42,721 nucleotides of DNA. Source: Candidatus Vogelbacteria bacterium (lineage in GTDB: Bacteria; Patescibacteriota; Minisyncoccia; Phycocordibacterales; XYD1-FULL-46-19). The notes beneath the pieces are model-generated. The model had not been told where the DNA came from, made no database searches, and worked only from the letters and a program-made list of their open reading frames with translations. A program made the translations under genes and the position numbers. Below, piece after piece: positions 26,696-35,665 of this stretch. The DNA lies in assembly GCA_903864935.1 (NCBI GenBank), contig CAIPHT010000004.1, forward strand, positions 1-42,721, in the 5' to 3' direction. Each line of letters starts with the position of its first letter. The stretch's first letter is position 1.

Positions 26696-26800
26696 AAGGT
26701 TAAGGATGTTGACGGTTAGATCGTAAGTGATAACTTTTCAATTTATTGATAGACATCCTTAGCCTTACAAAGAACCCAACCAGCAATGGTGGGGTTTTTT
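26696..26800 (+). ncRNA. Candidate stand-alone structured small RNA
   Basis: TTGACA(26661)-17-TAAACT(26684); closing stem aaggttaaggatgt/acatccttagcctt; terminator 26773-26800; no plausible ORF. Confidence 0.6.
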
Positions 26801-26816
26801 GTTTCCCCGCTTCAGC

Positions 26817-26855
26817 CCCGCCAGACCTTGAGAGGCTGCCCAAAGGTCTGGCGGG
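26817..26855. repeat. Dispersed hairpin repeat, copy 2
   Basis: cccgccaga-CCTTGAGAGGCtGCCCAAAG-gtctggcggg. Confidence 0.75.
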
Positions 26856-26905
26856 TTATTATTTTATGTTATAATAAAAGTATTAATAAATAACCTAATA
26901 AAAAT

Positions 26906-27286
26906 ATGTCAGGATATATTGCAAACATCGAAGACAAGACCGCGGAGAACGAATACTTCCGCGAAGTATTATTCACTGCTCCTCACTCTCAGCTCGTGGT
27001 AATGAGTATTGCTCCCGGCGAAGATATTGGTGAAGAGGTTCACGATCTCGTTGATCAATTCTTGAGAATTGAATCGGGCGAGGGTAAGGCCATTCTTGAT
27101 GGCGAAGAGACCAGTCTTAGCGATGGCTACTGTGTTGTGGTCCCGGCTGGCACCCGTCACAATATTATCAATACCGGTAGCTCGGCGCTTAAACTCTACA
27201 CTATTTATTCTCCAGCCAATCATCCTGATGGCACCATCCATAAGACTAAGGCTGAAGCTTTAGCTGATGAAGATGACCACGTCTAA
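26906..27286 (+). CDS. Cupin domain protein
   Basis: QLVVMSI..GEDIGEEVH..DQFLRIE..G, VPAGTRHNIIN. Confidence 0.93.
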   Translation: MSGYIANIEDKTAENEYFREVLFTAPHSQLVVMSIAPGEDIGEEVHDLVDQFLRIESGEGKAILDGEETSLSDGYCVVVPAGTRHNIINTGSSALKLYTIYSPANHPDGTIHKTKAEALADEDDHV

Positions 27287-28544
27287 AAAAATAAAAAATT
27301 TTTTCCACAAACTTGGCCCCGGCTTTATTAGTGGTGCCGCTGATGATGATCCGACGGCGATTGCCACCTATACACAAGCTGGGGCGCAGTTTGGCTATGG
27401 GCAATTATGGACAGCCCTTTTTACTTTCCCCTTCATGGCGGTTATCCAGGAGATGTGCGGGCGCATTGGGTTGGTGACGGGCAAGGGCTTGGCCGGAGTT
27501 ATTAAGAAACACTATTCAGACTGGTTCCTTACCGGGGCGGTTATCCTACTATTGGTGGCGAATACAATAAGTATTGGTGCCGATCTTGGAGCGATGGCGG
27601 CGGCTGGCGAACTTATCTTTAAGACCTCATTTATTTTTTGGCTGATTGGGTTTACTTTTTTTATTTTAATCTTGGAGATTTTCTTATCTTACCGGGTCTA
27701 TTCTCGTTATTTGAAATATCTAACCTTAACTCTTCTGGCTTATCTCGCCGTTGCTATCTTGGTTAATCAGGATTGGGGTGAGGTTATTCGTCATACTCTT
27801 TTCCCGAGTTTTATTTTTTCTGAAGCTTTCTTCTTAAGTCTGATTGCGATTCTAGGGACGAATATTTCACCCTACTTATTCTTCTGGCAAGCGGGAGAAG
27901 AGGTTGAAGAAGAAGTCGCCAATGGCAAACTCAGGATTATGGGTCAGGGTCTACCCAAAATAACAAAAAAAGACGTCTTAGCTTTAAAGCAGGACACAAC
28001 CATTGGGATGCTTTTCTCCAATATAATTATTTTTGCCATTTGTTTGGCGGCCGCTAGTACTTTGGGACGCAACGGCTTCGTCTCTGTCACGACTCCGGTT
28101 GAGGCGGCTAAGGCTTTGGAGCCCTTGGTCGGTTCTTGGGCGAGTGTCTTGTTTGCCCTAGGGATTATTGGGAGTGGCTTGATAGCCGTGCCAGTACTTT
28201 CTGGCTCAGCGTCTTATGCCATTAGTGAGAGTTTCGGTTGGAAGGAGGGTCTCTATCGCAAATTCAATAAAGCGCATGGTTTTTATATTATTATTACTCT
28301 TGCCACTTTAGTGGGAGTCTTGGTTAACTTTTTATCAATCCCACCTTTCCAAATGTTAATTTATGCCTCGGCGATTAATGGATTACTCGCTCCGCCTCTC
28401 CTAATCCTCATCCTCTTCATTGCTAATGATAAAAAGATTATGGGCAAATATACCAACACTTGGCGCTCCAATCTCTTTGGTGTAATTATCATCTTGTTGA
28501 TGCTGGCCGCCGCCGGTTTCTTCCTCTGGCACTTGCCGTTCTAA
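27273..28544 (+). CDS. NRAMP-family divalent metal transporter
   Basis: LGPGFISGAADDDP, QEMCGRIGLVTGKGL, GTNISPYLFFWQ. The start could be 27267. Confidence 0.92.
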   Translation: MTTSKKIKNFFHKLGPGFISGAADDDPTAIATYTQAGAQFGYGQLWTALFTFPFMAVIQEMCGRIGLVTGKGLAGVIKKHYSDWFLTGAVILLLVANTISIGADLGAMAAAGELIFKTSFIFWLIGFTFFILILEIFLSYRVYSRYLKYLTLTLLAYLAVAILVNQDWGEVIRHTLFPSFIFSEAFFLSLIAILGTNISPYLFFWQAGEEVEEEVANGKLRIMGQGLPKITKKDVLALKQDTTIGMLFSNIIIFAICLAAASTLGRNGFVSVTTPVEAAKALEPLVGSWASVLFALGIIGSGLIAVPVLSGSASYAISESFGWKEGLYRKFNKAHGFYIIITLATLVGVLVNFLSIPPFQMLIYASAINGLLAPPLLILILFIANDKKIMGKYTNTWRSNLFGVIIILLMLAAAGFFLWHLPF

Positions 28545-28652
28545 TTTATTTACTAGGCAAGATAGATATTTTATGGTAAAAATAAAAGAGATCATTCTCG
28601 CTGTTGAGAGTGAGGTTTAGAATTGTCGCGACCAAGGAGAGAGGGTTTGAAA

Positions 28653-28982
28653 ATGAAGATTCCGGCGGGGATTCTGACGAACAAGAAAACGGGGCGTTTC
28701 CATCCAGTTTTCTTCCGGGCTGACCCGAGCGACGGTTGCTTCGGAGAGGACAAGAGACGGTATCGGGCTTTCTCGTATCATCCCGAGGGGTTCTCTGCGA
28801 TGACTGAAGCCGAAGACTGGCTCTCCAAGCAGGACACCGTCCGAGATATGGGTGTTGGCTCCCGGTGGGAGTGGAGGGGAGACATGGGTCCGGCGATAAC
28901 CTACTGGTATCGTCAATCGGAGATTGAGGCTCCCTTGACCACGAGCGATGAGGTTCTCGAACTTAAACCTCAGCTGGCCTGA
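28653..28982 (+). CDS. Orphan hypothetical protein
   Basis: Purine-rich SD before ATG 28653, leader hairpin at ~28594-28616, hairpin at 29009-29036. Confidence 0.65.
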   Translation: MKIPAGILTNKKTGRFHPVFFRADPSDGCFGEDKRRYRAFSYHPEGFSAMTEAEDWLSKQDTVRDMGVGSRWEWRGDMGPAITYWYRQSEIEAPLTTSDEVLELKPQLA

Positions 28983-29203
28983 CTTCTGTTATTTTTCTTG
29001 TTTTTTTTATCCCGTCGCGCGCAAGCGTGGCGGGATTGTTGTTTGTTGGGGATATTTGTGTTATACTCTCCCTGCTAGTGAACTCAATCGCTTTCATCTT
29101 TTAATTACTTAGAGTCTGGGCGTCCAGCACAATAAGAGGTGAGATGACCAAGTGATCGTGGGCCACGGTCGTCAAGCTAATTATTTCTTTAGAAAAAAAG
29201 TTA

Positions 29204-29485
29204 ATGAATAACAAATTGTTCGTCGGTAGCCTTCCTTTCCGTCTTACGGAGCAGGAATTTGCCGACCACTTCGCTCAAGCTGGGCAAGTGCTTTCTGCGA
29301 AAATCATCTTAGATAAGGCCACTGGTCGTTCTAAGGGTTTTGGTTTCGTCGAAATGGGTACACCTGAGGAGGCTGAGAAGGCTATCTCGATGTTGAATGG
29401 TAGCGACCTTGGTGGTCGCGCTGTCAGCGTTGATTTTGCCAAGCCTATGGAGCCCCGCGCTCCACGTCAGGGTGGTAGCTATTAA
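29204..29485 (+). CDS. RRM (RNP) RNA-binding protein
   Basis: LFVGSL (RNP2), KGFGFVEM (RNP1). Confidence 0.95.
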   Translation: MNNKLFVGSLPFRLTEQEFADHFAQAGQVLSAKIILDKATGRSKGFGFVEMGTPEEAEKAISMLNGSDLGGRAVSVDFAKPMEPRAPRQGGSY

Positions 29486-29599
29486 TCTCTTGCCCGCTAG
29501 GCCTCGGGAAATCTGAGGTCTAGCGGGAACGGGGAACAAAAACAAGAGAGACAGCCGACGCCGGTTGTCTTTTTTGTTTTTCTGGTTATACTAAGAAAG

Positions 29600-30178
29600 A
29601 TGGAGCCAAAAAGATTATTTATTGCTATCCCGGTAGAGGGGGTCTTGAGAGAGAAGGCTTTGGCTTGGCAGGCCGATCACGTGGGCTGGCCAGTCAATTG
29701 GACCTCTGGTGACGACTTCCATATCACTGTTGTCTCGCCTTGGCTGGAGAGTGATGTTCCTGCGCTCATCTCTAAATTGGACGAGTTTGCTCAATCTATT
29801 ATCGACGGCAAGCTTTCTATAAAATCTTTTGCCATTAGTTTTTTCAAAGTTGTTTTTGGTCCTAATCGTTTCTCACCTCGCTTGATTTGGGCCGAGGGTG
29901 AGCCACCTGTCCCACTTCTTGAATTGAAGAATCGCCTTGAGCAAACTCTCGCTAAGCCAGATAATCGTTTTTATCGTTTGCATCTAACTTTGGCTCGTTT
30001 CTTAGCCTCTGATTTTGGCCCGGCTGGTTTGCCCGATCTCTTTGACCGTGTCGACTGGAGTTCTAATATCAGTAGTTTTGTTTTGTTCGAATCAGTCATG
30101 AAGCCGGAGGGCCCCGAATATACTAAGATCAAAGAATTTTCTTTTGCTAATCAAGAGCAAAATCAGCAAGCCCTCTAG
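29600..30178 (+). CDS. thpR: 2H phosphoesterase, RNA 2',3'-cyclic phosphodiesterase (LigT/ThpR-like)
   Basis: RLFIAI, HITV and HLTL motifs, PRLIW. Confidence 0.85.
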   Translation: MEPKRLFIAIPVEGVLREKALAWQADHVGWPVNWTSGDDFHITVVSPWLESDVPALISKLDEFAQSIIDGKLSIKSFAISFFKVVFGPNRFSPRLIWAEGEPPVPLLELKNRLEQTLAKPDNRFYRLHLTLARFLASDFGPAGLPDLFDRVDWSSNISSFVLFESVMKPEGPEYTKIKEFSFANQEQNQQAL

Positions 30179-30243
30179 GGCTTAATTACTCTATATTTTT
30201 AATAGTGTTCTCTTTATAAATTTATTTAATTTAAATTTTAACT

Positions 30244-32067
30244 ATGTGTGGAATTTTTGGTTATGTTGGTAAGAAAGAGGCTCCCGCAATTTTAATCGAT
30301 GGACTTAAGGCGCTCGAATATCGTGGCTACGATTCGGCCGGCCTCTATGTCGCCGGGGCCGGTCTCGTGAAGGCCGTTGGCCAGGTCAAGAATCTTGAAG
30401 CTAAACTTACCCCCGACTTTAAGGGAACTGTTGGTATTGCTCATACCCGTTGGGCCACTCACGGTGTGCCAACTGAGGTCAATGCTCACCCGCATACTGA
30501 TTGCGAGGGCAAAATTTATCTCGCTCACAATGGTATCATTGAGAATTATGGCGAACTCAAAGCAGAGTTAATCGGGAAGGGCCACAAATTTGCTTCGGCT
30601 ACTGACTCTGAAGTTGTGGCGCATTTGCTTGAAGATTTTGTTAAAGCGGGGAGTACTTTTAGCGAAGCTCTCACTAAAACTCTGGCCATGATTCGTGGGA
30701 CTTATGGTCTGGCGATTGTTAACACCTCGGAGCCTGATCGTCTTTATGTCGCGCGCAAGGGGAGTCCGATTGTTCTGGGCATTGGTGAAGGTGAGAATTT
30801 CCTCGCTTCTGATCCTTCAGCGATTGTCCCCCACACCAAGAAAGTTCTTTATTTGAATGATGGCGAATGGGCAATTCTCAAAACTGATAGCTATCAACTT
30901 TTTAGTTTGGCTGGCGAAGAAATCAAGCGCGAGCCAACGGTCATCGAGTGGAGCGTTGAAGAGACGAAGAAGGGTGGTTATGACCATTTCATGTTGAAGG
31001 AGATTATGGAGGGGGACAATGTTATTAAGAATTCCTTCCGTGGGCGTTTGCTTGAAGACTCGCTCGAGATCAAGCTTGATGAACTCAAAGAGGTGGAGGA
31101 GAAACTAAAGGGGATCAAGCGTATCATTATTACTTCTTGTGGCACCGCGCTCTACTCGGGGATGGTGGGCGAATATATGCTCGAAGAATTTGCTAAGATC
31201 CCCGTGGAGATTGAGTATGCCTCCGAGTTTCGTTACCGCTCGCCGATTGTCGAGGCGGGGACCATGGTAATGGCAATTACTCAGTCGGGTGAGACAGCCG
31301 ATACTTTAGCCGCTATTCGCGAGGCCAAGCGTCAGGGCGCGCTCATTGTCTCAATTGTGAACACGGTTGGCTCGACTATTGCTCGTGAGTCTGATGCGGT
31401 TATCTATAATCAAATTGGACCGGAGATTGGTGTGGCTTCGACCAAGGCTTTTATTTCTCAAGTTACTATCTTTTCTCTCCTTACTTTATACCTTGCGAAA
31501 CTGCGTGGAGTAGCGAGCGACGAAGAGACCAAGAAAATGATCAAAGAGATTGTCGCTCTGCCCGAGAAGATCAAATCTATTTTAGAGAGAAGAGAAGAAA
31601 TTAAAGAAGTGGCCACTAAGTATGCCGGCTTCACCGACTTTCTCTTCATGGGTCGCAAGTACACTTTCCCGATTGCCTTCGAAGGTGCGCTTAAGCTCAA
31701 AGAGATTTCTTATGTTCATGCCGAAGGTTATGGGGCCGGGGAGATGAAGCATGGTCCGATTGCCATGATTGATCCCAATTTCCCCACGGTGGCTCTCTGT
31801 CTCTCCGATTCTGTCTACGAGAAAATGATTTCGAATGTTGAGGAGATTAAAGCGCGTAGTGGTAAAGTCTTAGCCATTGCCACCGTTGGCAATGAGACCC
31901 TTAAGACTCTGGCTGACGACATTATTTATGTCCCTGAGACCGTTGAATTCTTAGAATCAATCATTGCCGTTATCCCACTCCAACTCTTCGCTTATTATAT
32001 CGGCATCGGCAAGGGTTATGATGTTGACAAGCCTCGCAACCTTGCGAAGTCGGTAACTGTCGAATAA
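30244..32067 (+). CDS. glmS: Glutamine--fructose-6-phosphate transaminase
   Basis: MCGIFG, LEYRGYDSAG, HTRWATHG, QSGETADT, EMKHGP, PRNLAKSVTVE. Confidence 0.98.
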   Translation: MCGIFGYVGKKEAPAILIDGLKALEYRGYDSAGLYVAGAGLVKAVGQVKNLEAKLTPDFKGTVGIAHTRWATHGVPTEVNAHPHTDCEGKIYLAHNGIIENYGELKAELIGKGHKFASATDSEVVAHLLEDFVKAGSTFSEALTKTLAMIRGTYGLAIVNTSEPDRLYVARKGSPIVLGIGEGENFLASDPSAIVPHTKKVLYLNDGEWAILKTDSYQLFSLAGEEIKREPTVIEWSVEETKKGGYDHFMLKEIMEGDNVIKNSFRGRLLEDSLEIKLDELKEVEEKLKGIKRIIITSCGTALYSGMVGEYMLEEFAKIPVEIEYASEFRYRSPIVEAGTMVMAITQSGETADTLAAIREAKRQGALIVSIVNTVGSTIARESDAVIYNQIGPEIGVASTKAFISQVTIFSLLTLYLAKLRGVASDEETKKMIKEIVALPEKIKSILERREEIKEVATKYAGFTDFLFMGRKYTFPIAFEGALKLKEISYVHAEGYGAGEMKHGPIAMIDPNFPTVALCLSDSVYEKMISNVEEIKARSGKVLAIATVGNETLKTLADDIIYVPETVEFLESIIAVIPLQLFAYYIGIGKGYDVDKPRNLAKSVTVE

Positions 32068-32199
32068 AAAGCCCCTTCTTCGCTAAAGCTACGAAGGGCA
32101 AGCTTATTTTGCGAAATCCAACCTGCCCGAAATGCCTTAAGCAGGCGGGCTTCGTAAACCCTAGTAAATAGGGGATTAAATCACCAAAATCCCGCCCTG

Positions 32200-32307
32200 T
32201 TGACAGGGCGGGATTTTGGGTGTATAATAAAAGATAGAAATGTAGGGGCTTGTCTGCCTCTTGAAATAAGGTTTAAGTAACTCAATTTCTCGGAAAGGAG
32301 AAAAATC
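32200..32307 (+). promoter_or_regulatory. Consensus sigma70 promoter plus hairpin-TTGAAAT leader
   Basis: TTGACA-17-TATAAT (32200-32228), aggggc-ttgtct-gcctct hairpin, TTGAAAT, SD AAAGGAG. Confidence 0.8.
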
Positions 32308-32616
32308 ATGGAGACTTTGTTTGGAATAGTCGCCGGGGTTGTCTTATTCGCGTTGTACGACACCGCTCCTGTGCAGAAGGCCTGGCTGTGGTTCCTGTGG
32401 CAACTTAGCCCGAGAATTATCCTGTTCCTCCGCGCGGGATGGGCAGAGAAAATTGGAGAGATCGAAGGGGACATCATGGGCGGCTATCTCTTGATGGGTC
32501 TCACTCCCATCAGCAGCAAAGAAGGTAAGGAGTTTTCAAACACCTTCAGGGAGCTGAAGGTCTACCGCGAAAGGAAACTCGAACACCTCCGCTGGAAGCT
32601 GGAGGTGACACGCTAA
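32308..32616 (+). CDS. Orphan protein with N-terminal hydrophobic segment
   Basis: 102-aa ORF with SD, own promoter and terminator hairpin at 32621-32674. Confidence 0.7.
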   Translation: METLFGIVAGVVLFALYDTAPVQKAWLWFLWQLSPRIILFLRAGWAEKIGEIEGDIMGGYLLMGLTPISSKEGKEFSNTFRELKVYRERKLEHLRWKLEVTR

Positions 32617-32698
32617 TCTCAACCCGTCCCGACTTAAGCAGGTCAGAAACCTGCCTAGGTCGAGGGCGGGTTTTCTGATTCAAAAAATTTACCAATAT

Positions 32699-33087
32699 AA
32701 AATGTTACTCTTTTAGACGGTCGTCAAAAATGGTAACATTTTCAAATCAAAATTTATTAACACCAGTGACGGTCGTCTGAAAGTGTAATATTTTTTGATA
32801 GTAATCTGGAAGCTGTAATTTGGAAGCCGAGCTCCCAAAACGGGGGAGCGTGTGTTGTAATTATAAGCCGGTAACACTCGTGACGGTCGTCAGCAATGTT
32901 ACCTTTTTGCCTGCAAGTTAAAACTTATGCCACTAACGTGAGATTTTTTAGTGCCTGGTTTTTTACTGAACAAAATTTACAATTGTAAAAAATGTTCAGT
33001 GATTTTTGTTTCTAACTATAATCTAACGACCGCATCAAAATAGTTAGTCTTAACAAAATATGGACGGCCGTCTGAGGGATGTTAAGA
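32699..33087. repeat. Cluster of bipartite palindromes with GACGG(T/C)CGTC cores
   Basis: Cores at 32716, 32768, 32882 and 33063, each flanked at 6-8 nt by inverted TAAC/GTTA-type arms; related units at 32965-33000 and 33012-33047. Confidence 0.8.
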
Positions 33088-33257
33088 AGAATTTCTCGAG
33101 CTCCCTAGACGAAATTTAGGTGATGTGGTAGAACTGGAGTTAGATTGGGTCTGGTGCCTGATCGTTGAAATCGGACAAAGATGGGCTAGGGCTCGTCTGA
33201 CTCCACAAAAGACTCTTTCTAGGGAAAGAGGGGGCACTCAAGCCCAAAGGAGCGAAG

Positions 33258-34241
33258 ATGCCAAACGAAGATAGTCGGTTGATGAAAAGGCTCAAGGAGA
33301 CGAGGAATTTCTCACTTCTCCATAGTCTTTCGAACCAAGGTGTATTCGAGCGACGAAAGGTCATCGAGGACATCATCTCCACCACCATGACTCCCTGCTT
33401 TGAATCGGAGGAGGTGAAGTACTTCGAGGGAGAACTACTGGAGTACTTGGAGTTGTATTCCTGTGCCCTGATGGACCTTGGGATGAGCCAGCTTGACTAC
33501 GAACGCGAGACTTACCGCTTTGCCTGGTCGAGGTACCAGACAATCTCTGTTCATCTTTCGACAACATCAGAAGTGCTCAAGAGGCTCATCTCAGACATCG
33601 TTCACTGGTGGTTCGAGACTCCAACTCTTGACGAGGCAATGGAAATCTTTGACTTTCTCTCCGATGAGGCAGACAGACTTGGCTTCGATGATGTCATGGC
33701 CCGTGAGTTTCGTCGCGAAGAACACGATGCAATTTTTACCCTTGTCCTCCACAAACTGAGTGCCGCCATGGAAACCTTGGGCAAGGACAGACTCTGGGAG
33801 AAAGCCCCTCGGCTGACACAGGTGATTTCCGCTCGCTGGCATCGGATGATTGGCCCCAAGGCGGCAATCTTTCTCTCCCGGGTCCTTCAGAGCTTCGAGG
33901 GCGAGATGTCTGTGGCAGAAGAGGTGACGGTCATTCATACGGCCACTCAGGTTTACGAACTGGGCGACCTGGTTCGGCAAGCCATCGAAGTCCTGAGGGG
34001 TAATCGAACAACCGTCAGTCAATTCGAATTGGGTATTGGCGAAGTCAACCTTGCGGGGCAATATGCGGTCGTCCAGGTGACACTAGAAGACAGTGACCCG
34101 CGCTTCGATGATCACCTTTCTCTTTTGAGCACGGTCGCGACCCTTCTTAGGAACGAGGGAGACGACTTGGATTGCCACAGGTTAAGGGTTTCCGTTGTCT
34201 GTGGAGAACATCGTGCCGAAGGCTCCGTCCTGCCTCTCTAG
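33258..34241 (+). CDS. Orphan hypothetical protein
   Basis: 327-aa ORF, SD AAAGGAG, structured leader containing TTGAAAT (33165), terminator at 34291-34343. Confidence 0.78.
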   Translation: MPNEDSRLMKRLKETRNFSLLHSLSNQGVFERRKVIEDIISTTMTPCFESEEVKYFEGELLEYLELYSCALMDLGMSQLDYERETYRFAWSRYQTISVHLSTTSEVLKRLISDIVHWWFETPTLDEAMEIFDFLSDEADRLGFDDVMAREFRREEHDAIFTLVLHKLSAAMETLGKDRLWEKAPRLTQVISARWHRMIGPKAAIFLSRVLQSFEGEMSVAEEVTVIHTATQVYELGDLVRQAIEVLRGNRTTVSQFELGIGEVNLAGQYAVVQVTLEDSDPRFDDHLSLLSTVATLLRNEGDDLDCHRLRVSVVCGEHRAEGSVLPL

Positions 34242-34388
34242 TCCGTGAACCATCACGTTCAGCTTACAGAGGACTTGCCCTTCATGTTTTACCCGCTATT
34301 CGGGACAGCATCCGCTGTTTTAGGATGGCGGGTGTTTTGTTTATAAAAAACTTTTTGATTTTAATTTACGATAAGCTATACTCACCAT

Positions 34389-35060
34389 ATGAAATTATAT
34401 TTAATAGGCACACCAATTGGGAATTTGGGCGACATGACGCCAAGGGCAGTGGAGGTGATGAAAGAAGTACCAGTTTTGGCCGTGGAGAAGTGGACCGATA
34501 CGGTCAAGCTCTTAAAACATTTTGAGATTGGAGAGAAAAAGATTCTAAATTATGACGACAAGAATAGCCGACGCATGGCCCCGAAGATTTTGGATTTTCT
34601 TCAAGACCAAGACGTGGCGCTTGTGACCTCGGCCGGGATGCCCGGTGTCTCTGATCCAGGCGCTTATCTTGTTGAGCAAGCACGCGAAGCGGGGCATGAG
34701 ATCGTTCCGATTCCTGGACCCTCAGCGTTATCGACGGCTATCGCCGCGTCGGGCTTCTCGGGTAATTTTTGGTTTGTCGAATTCTTGCCTCGCACCCGTG
34801 GCAAGATTGTAAAAATTCTTAAACAGGCCGAAGAATTAGAAACTAACTTGGTTTGCTTCGAATCAACTTATCGCTTGGCCAAAAGTCTGGAGATTATTAA
34901 TGAACTTTATCCTGAAATTAAAGTTTTTGTCGGTAAAGAAATGACCAAGAAATTCGAGCAATATCTTGTGGGGACAGCGGGGGATTTTCTTGCTAGAATT
35001 AAGACGGATAAGGACTTTTCCCGGGGTGAATTCGCCTTAGTTATCCACTTTGGAAAATAG
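34389..35060 (+). CDS. rsmI: 16S rRNA C1402 2'-O-methyltransferase
   Basis: LYLIGTPIGNLGDMT, AGMPGVSDPG, IPGPSA, KEMTKKFE, RGEF. Confidence 0.92.
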   Translation: MKLYLIGTPIGNLGDMTPRAVEVMKEVPVLAVEKWTDTVKLLKHFEIGEKKILNYDDKNSRRMAPKILDFLQDQDVALVTSAGMPGVSDPGAYLVEQAREAGHEIVPIPGPSALSTAIAASGFSGNFWFVEFLPRTRGKIVKILKQAEELETNLVCFESTYRLAKSLEIINELYPEIKVFVGKEMTKKFEQYLVGTAGDFLARIKTDKDFSRGEFALVIHFGK

Positions 35061-35135
35061 CCAGATTGTTGTTAAAATAGGATCACAAATATTGTATAAA
35101 TTATTATTAATCTTTAAGTCTAAAATCATAAAAAT

Positions 35136-35636
35136 ATGAAAAAAGATCAAGGTGACGAGGTTTCCTCTGAAGGAGTTGTTTCTTCTAAAGGTAAGAAGTG
35201 CTGCGGTATGAGTTATAAGTTTTGGGGTGGGGTAATTATTGTCGTTGTTATAATTATCGCCGGTTATTATGCTTGGGGAGCTCTCAAGCCAAAGCCAAGT
35301 CAAACTGAAGCCCAGAAGGCGGCTGAACAGCAAGTCCTGGCCATCGTTGCTAGAGTTAAGAAATTAATGGTTGTCCCAGATGGAGAGGTCCCTCAAGTTG
35401 CTGAGATTAAGGATGCTGCCTTGGCGGCCAAAGAACAACCTTTCCTCGCTGGTTCTCAGAATGGTGATGTTCTTCTTGTTTATGCGACAGCGGGCAAGGC
35501 GATCGTTTATAGTCCAGCGCGAAACGTTATCGTCAATGTTGGTCCGGTCCAAATGAATAAGGCTGACGCTTCGGCTCAGACTCCGGCCCCTGCTCCGGTT
35601 ACCTCTGATAACACCGCAACCACAAAGAAGAAATAG
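35136..35636 (+). CDS. Membrane-anchored hypothetical protein
   Basis: Single TM; EQPFL...QNGDVLLVY...KAIVYSP...IVNVGP. Confidence 0.8.
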   Translation: MKKDQGDEVSSEGVVSSKGKKCCGMSYKFWGGVIIVVVIIIAGYYAWGALKPKPSQTEAQKAAEQQVLAIVARVKKLMVVPDGEVPQVAEIKDAALAAKEQPFLAGSQNGDVLLVYATAGKAIVYSPARNVIVNVGPVQMNKADASAQTPAPAPVTSDNTATTKKK

Positions 35637-35665
35637 TTCGATAAACTCACTATAAATAGTCCACT

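Noticed and set aside
26696-26766. Hammerhead ribozyme or 6S RNA
   Set aside because: It lacks the CUGANGA/GAAA core and is much shorter than 6S.
30179-30243. glmS ribozyme
   Set aside because: The gap is only 65 nt, very AT-rich, and lacks the conserved core.
32699-33087. Bona fide TIGR or CRISPR array
   Set aside because: The period is irregular, spacer lengths vary, and no Nop-domain or Cas protein is recognisable nearby. Kept only as an unexplained array.
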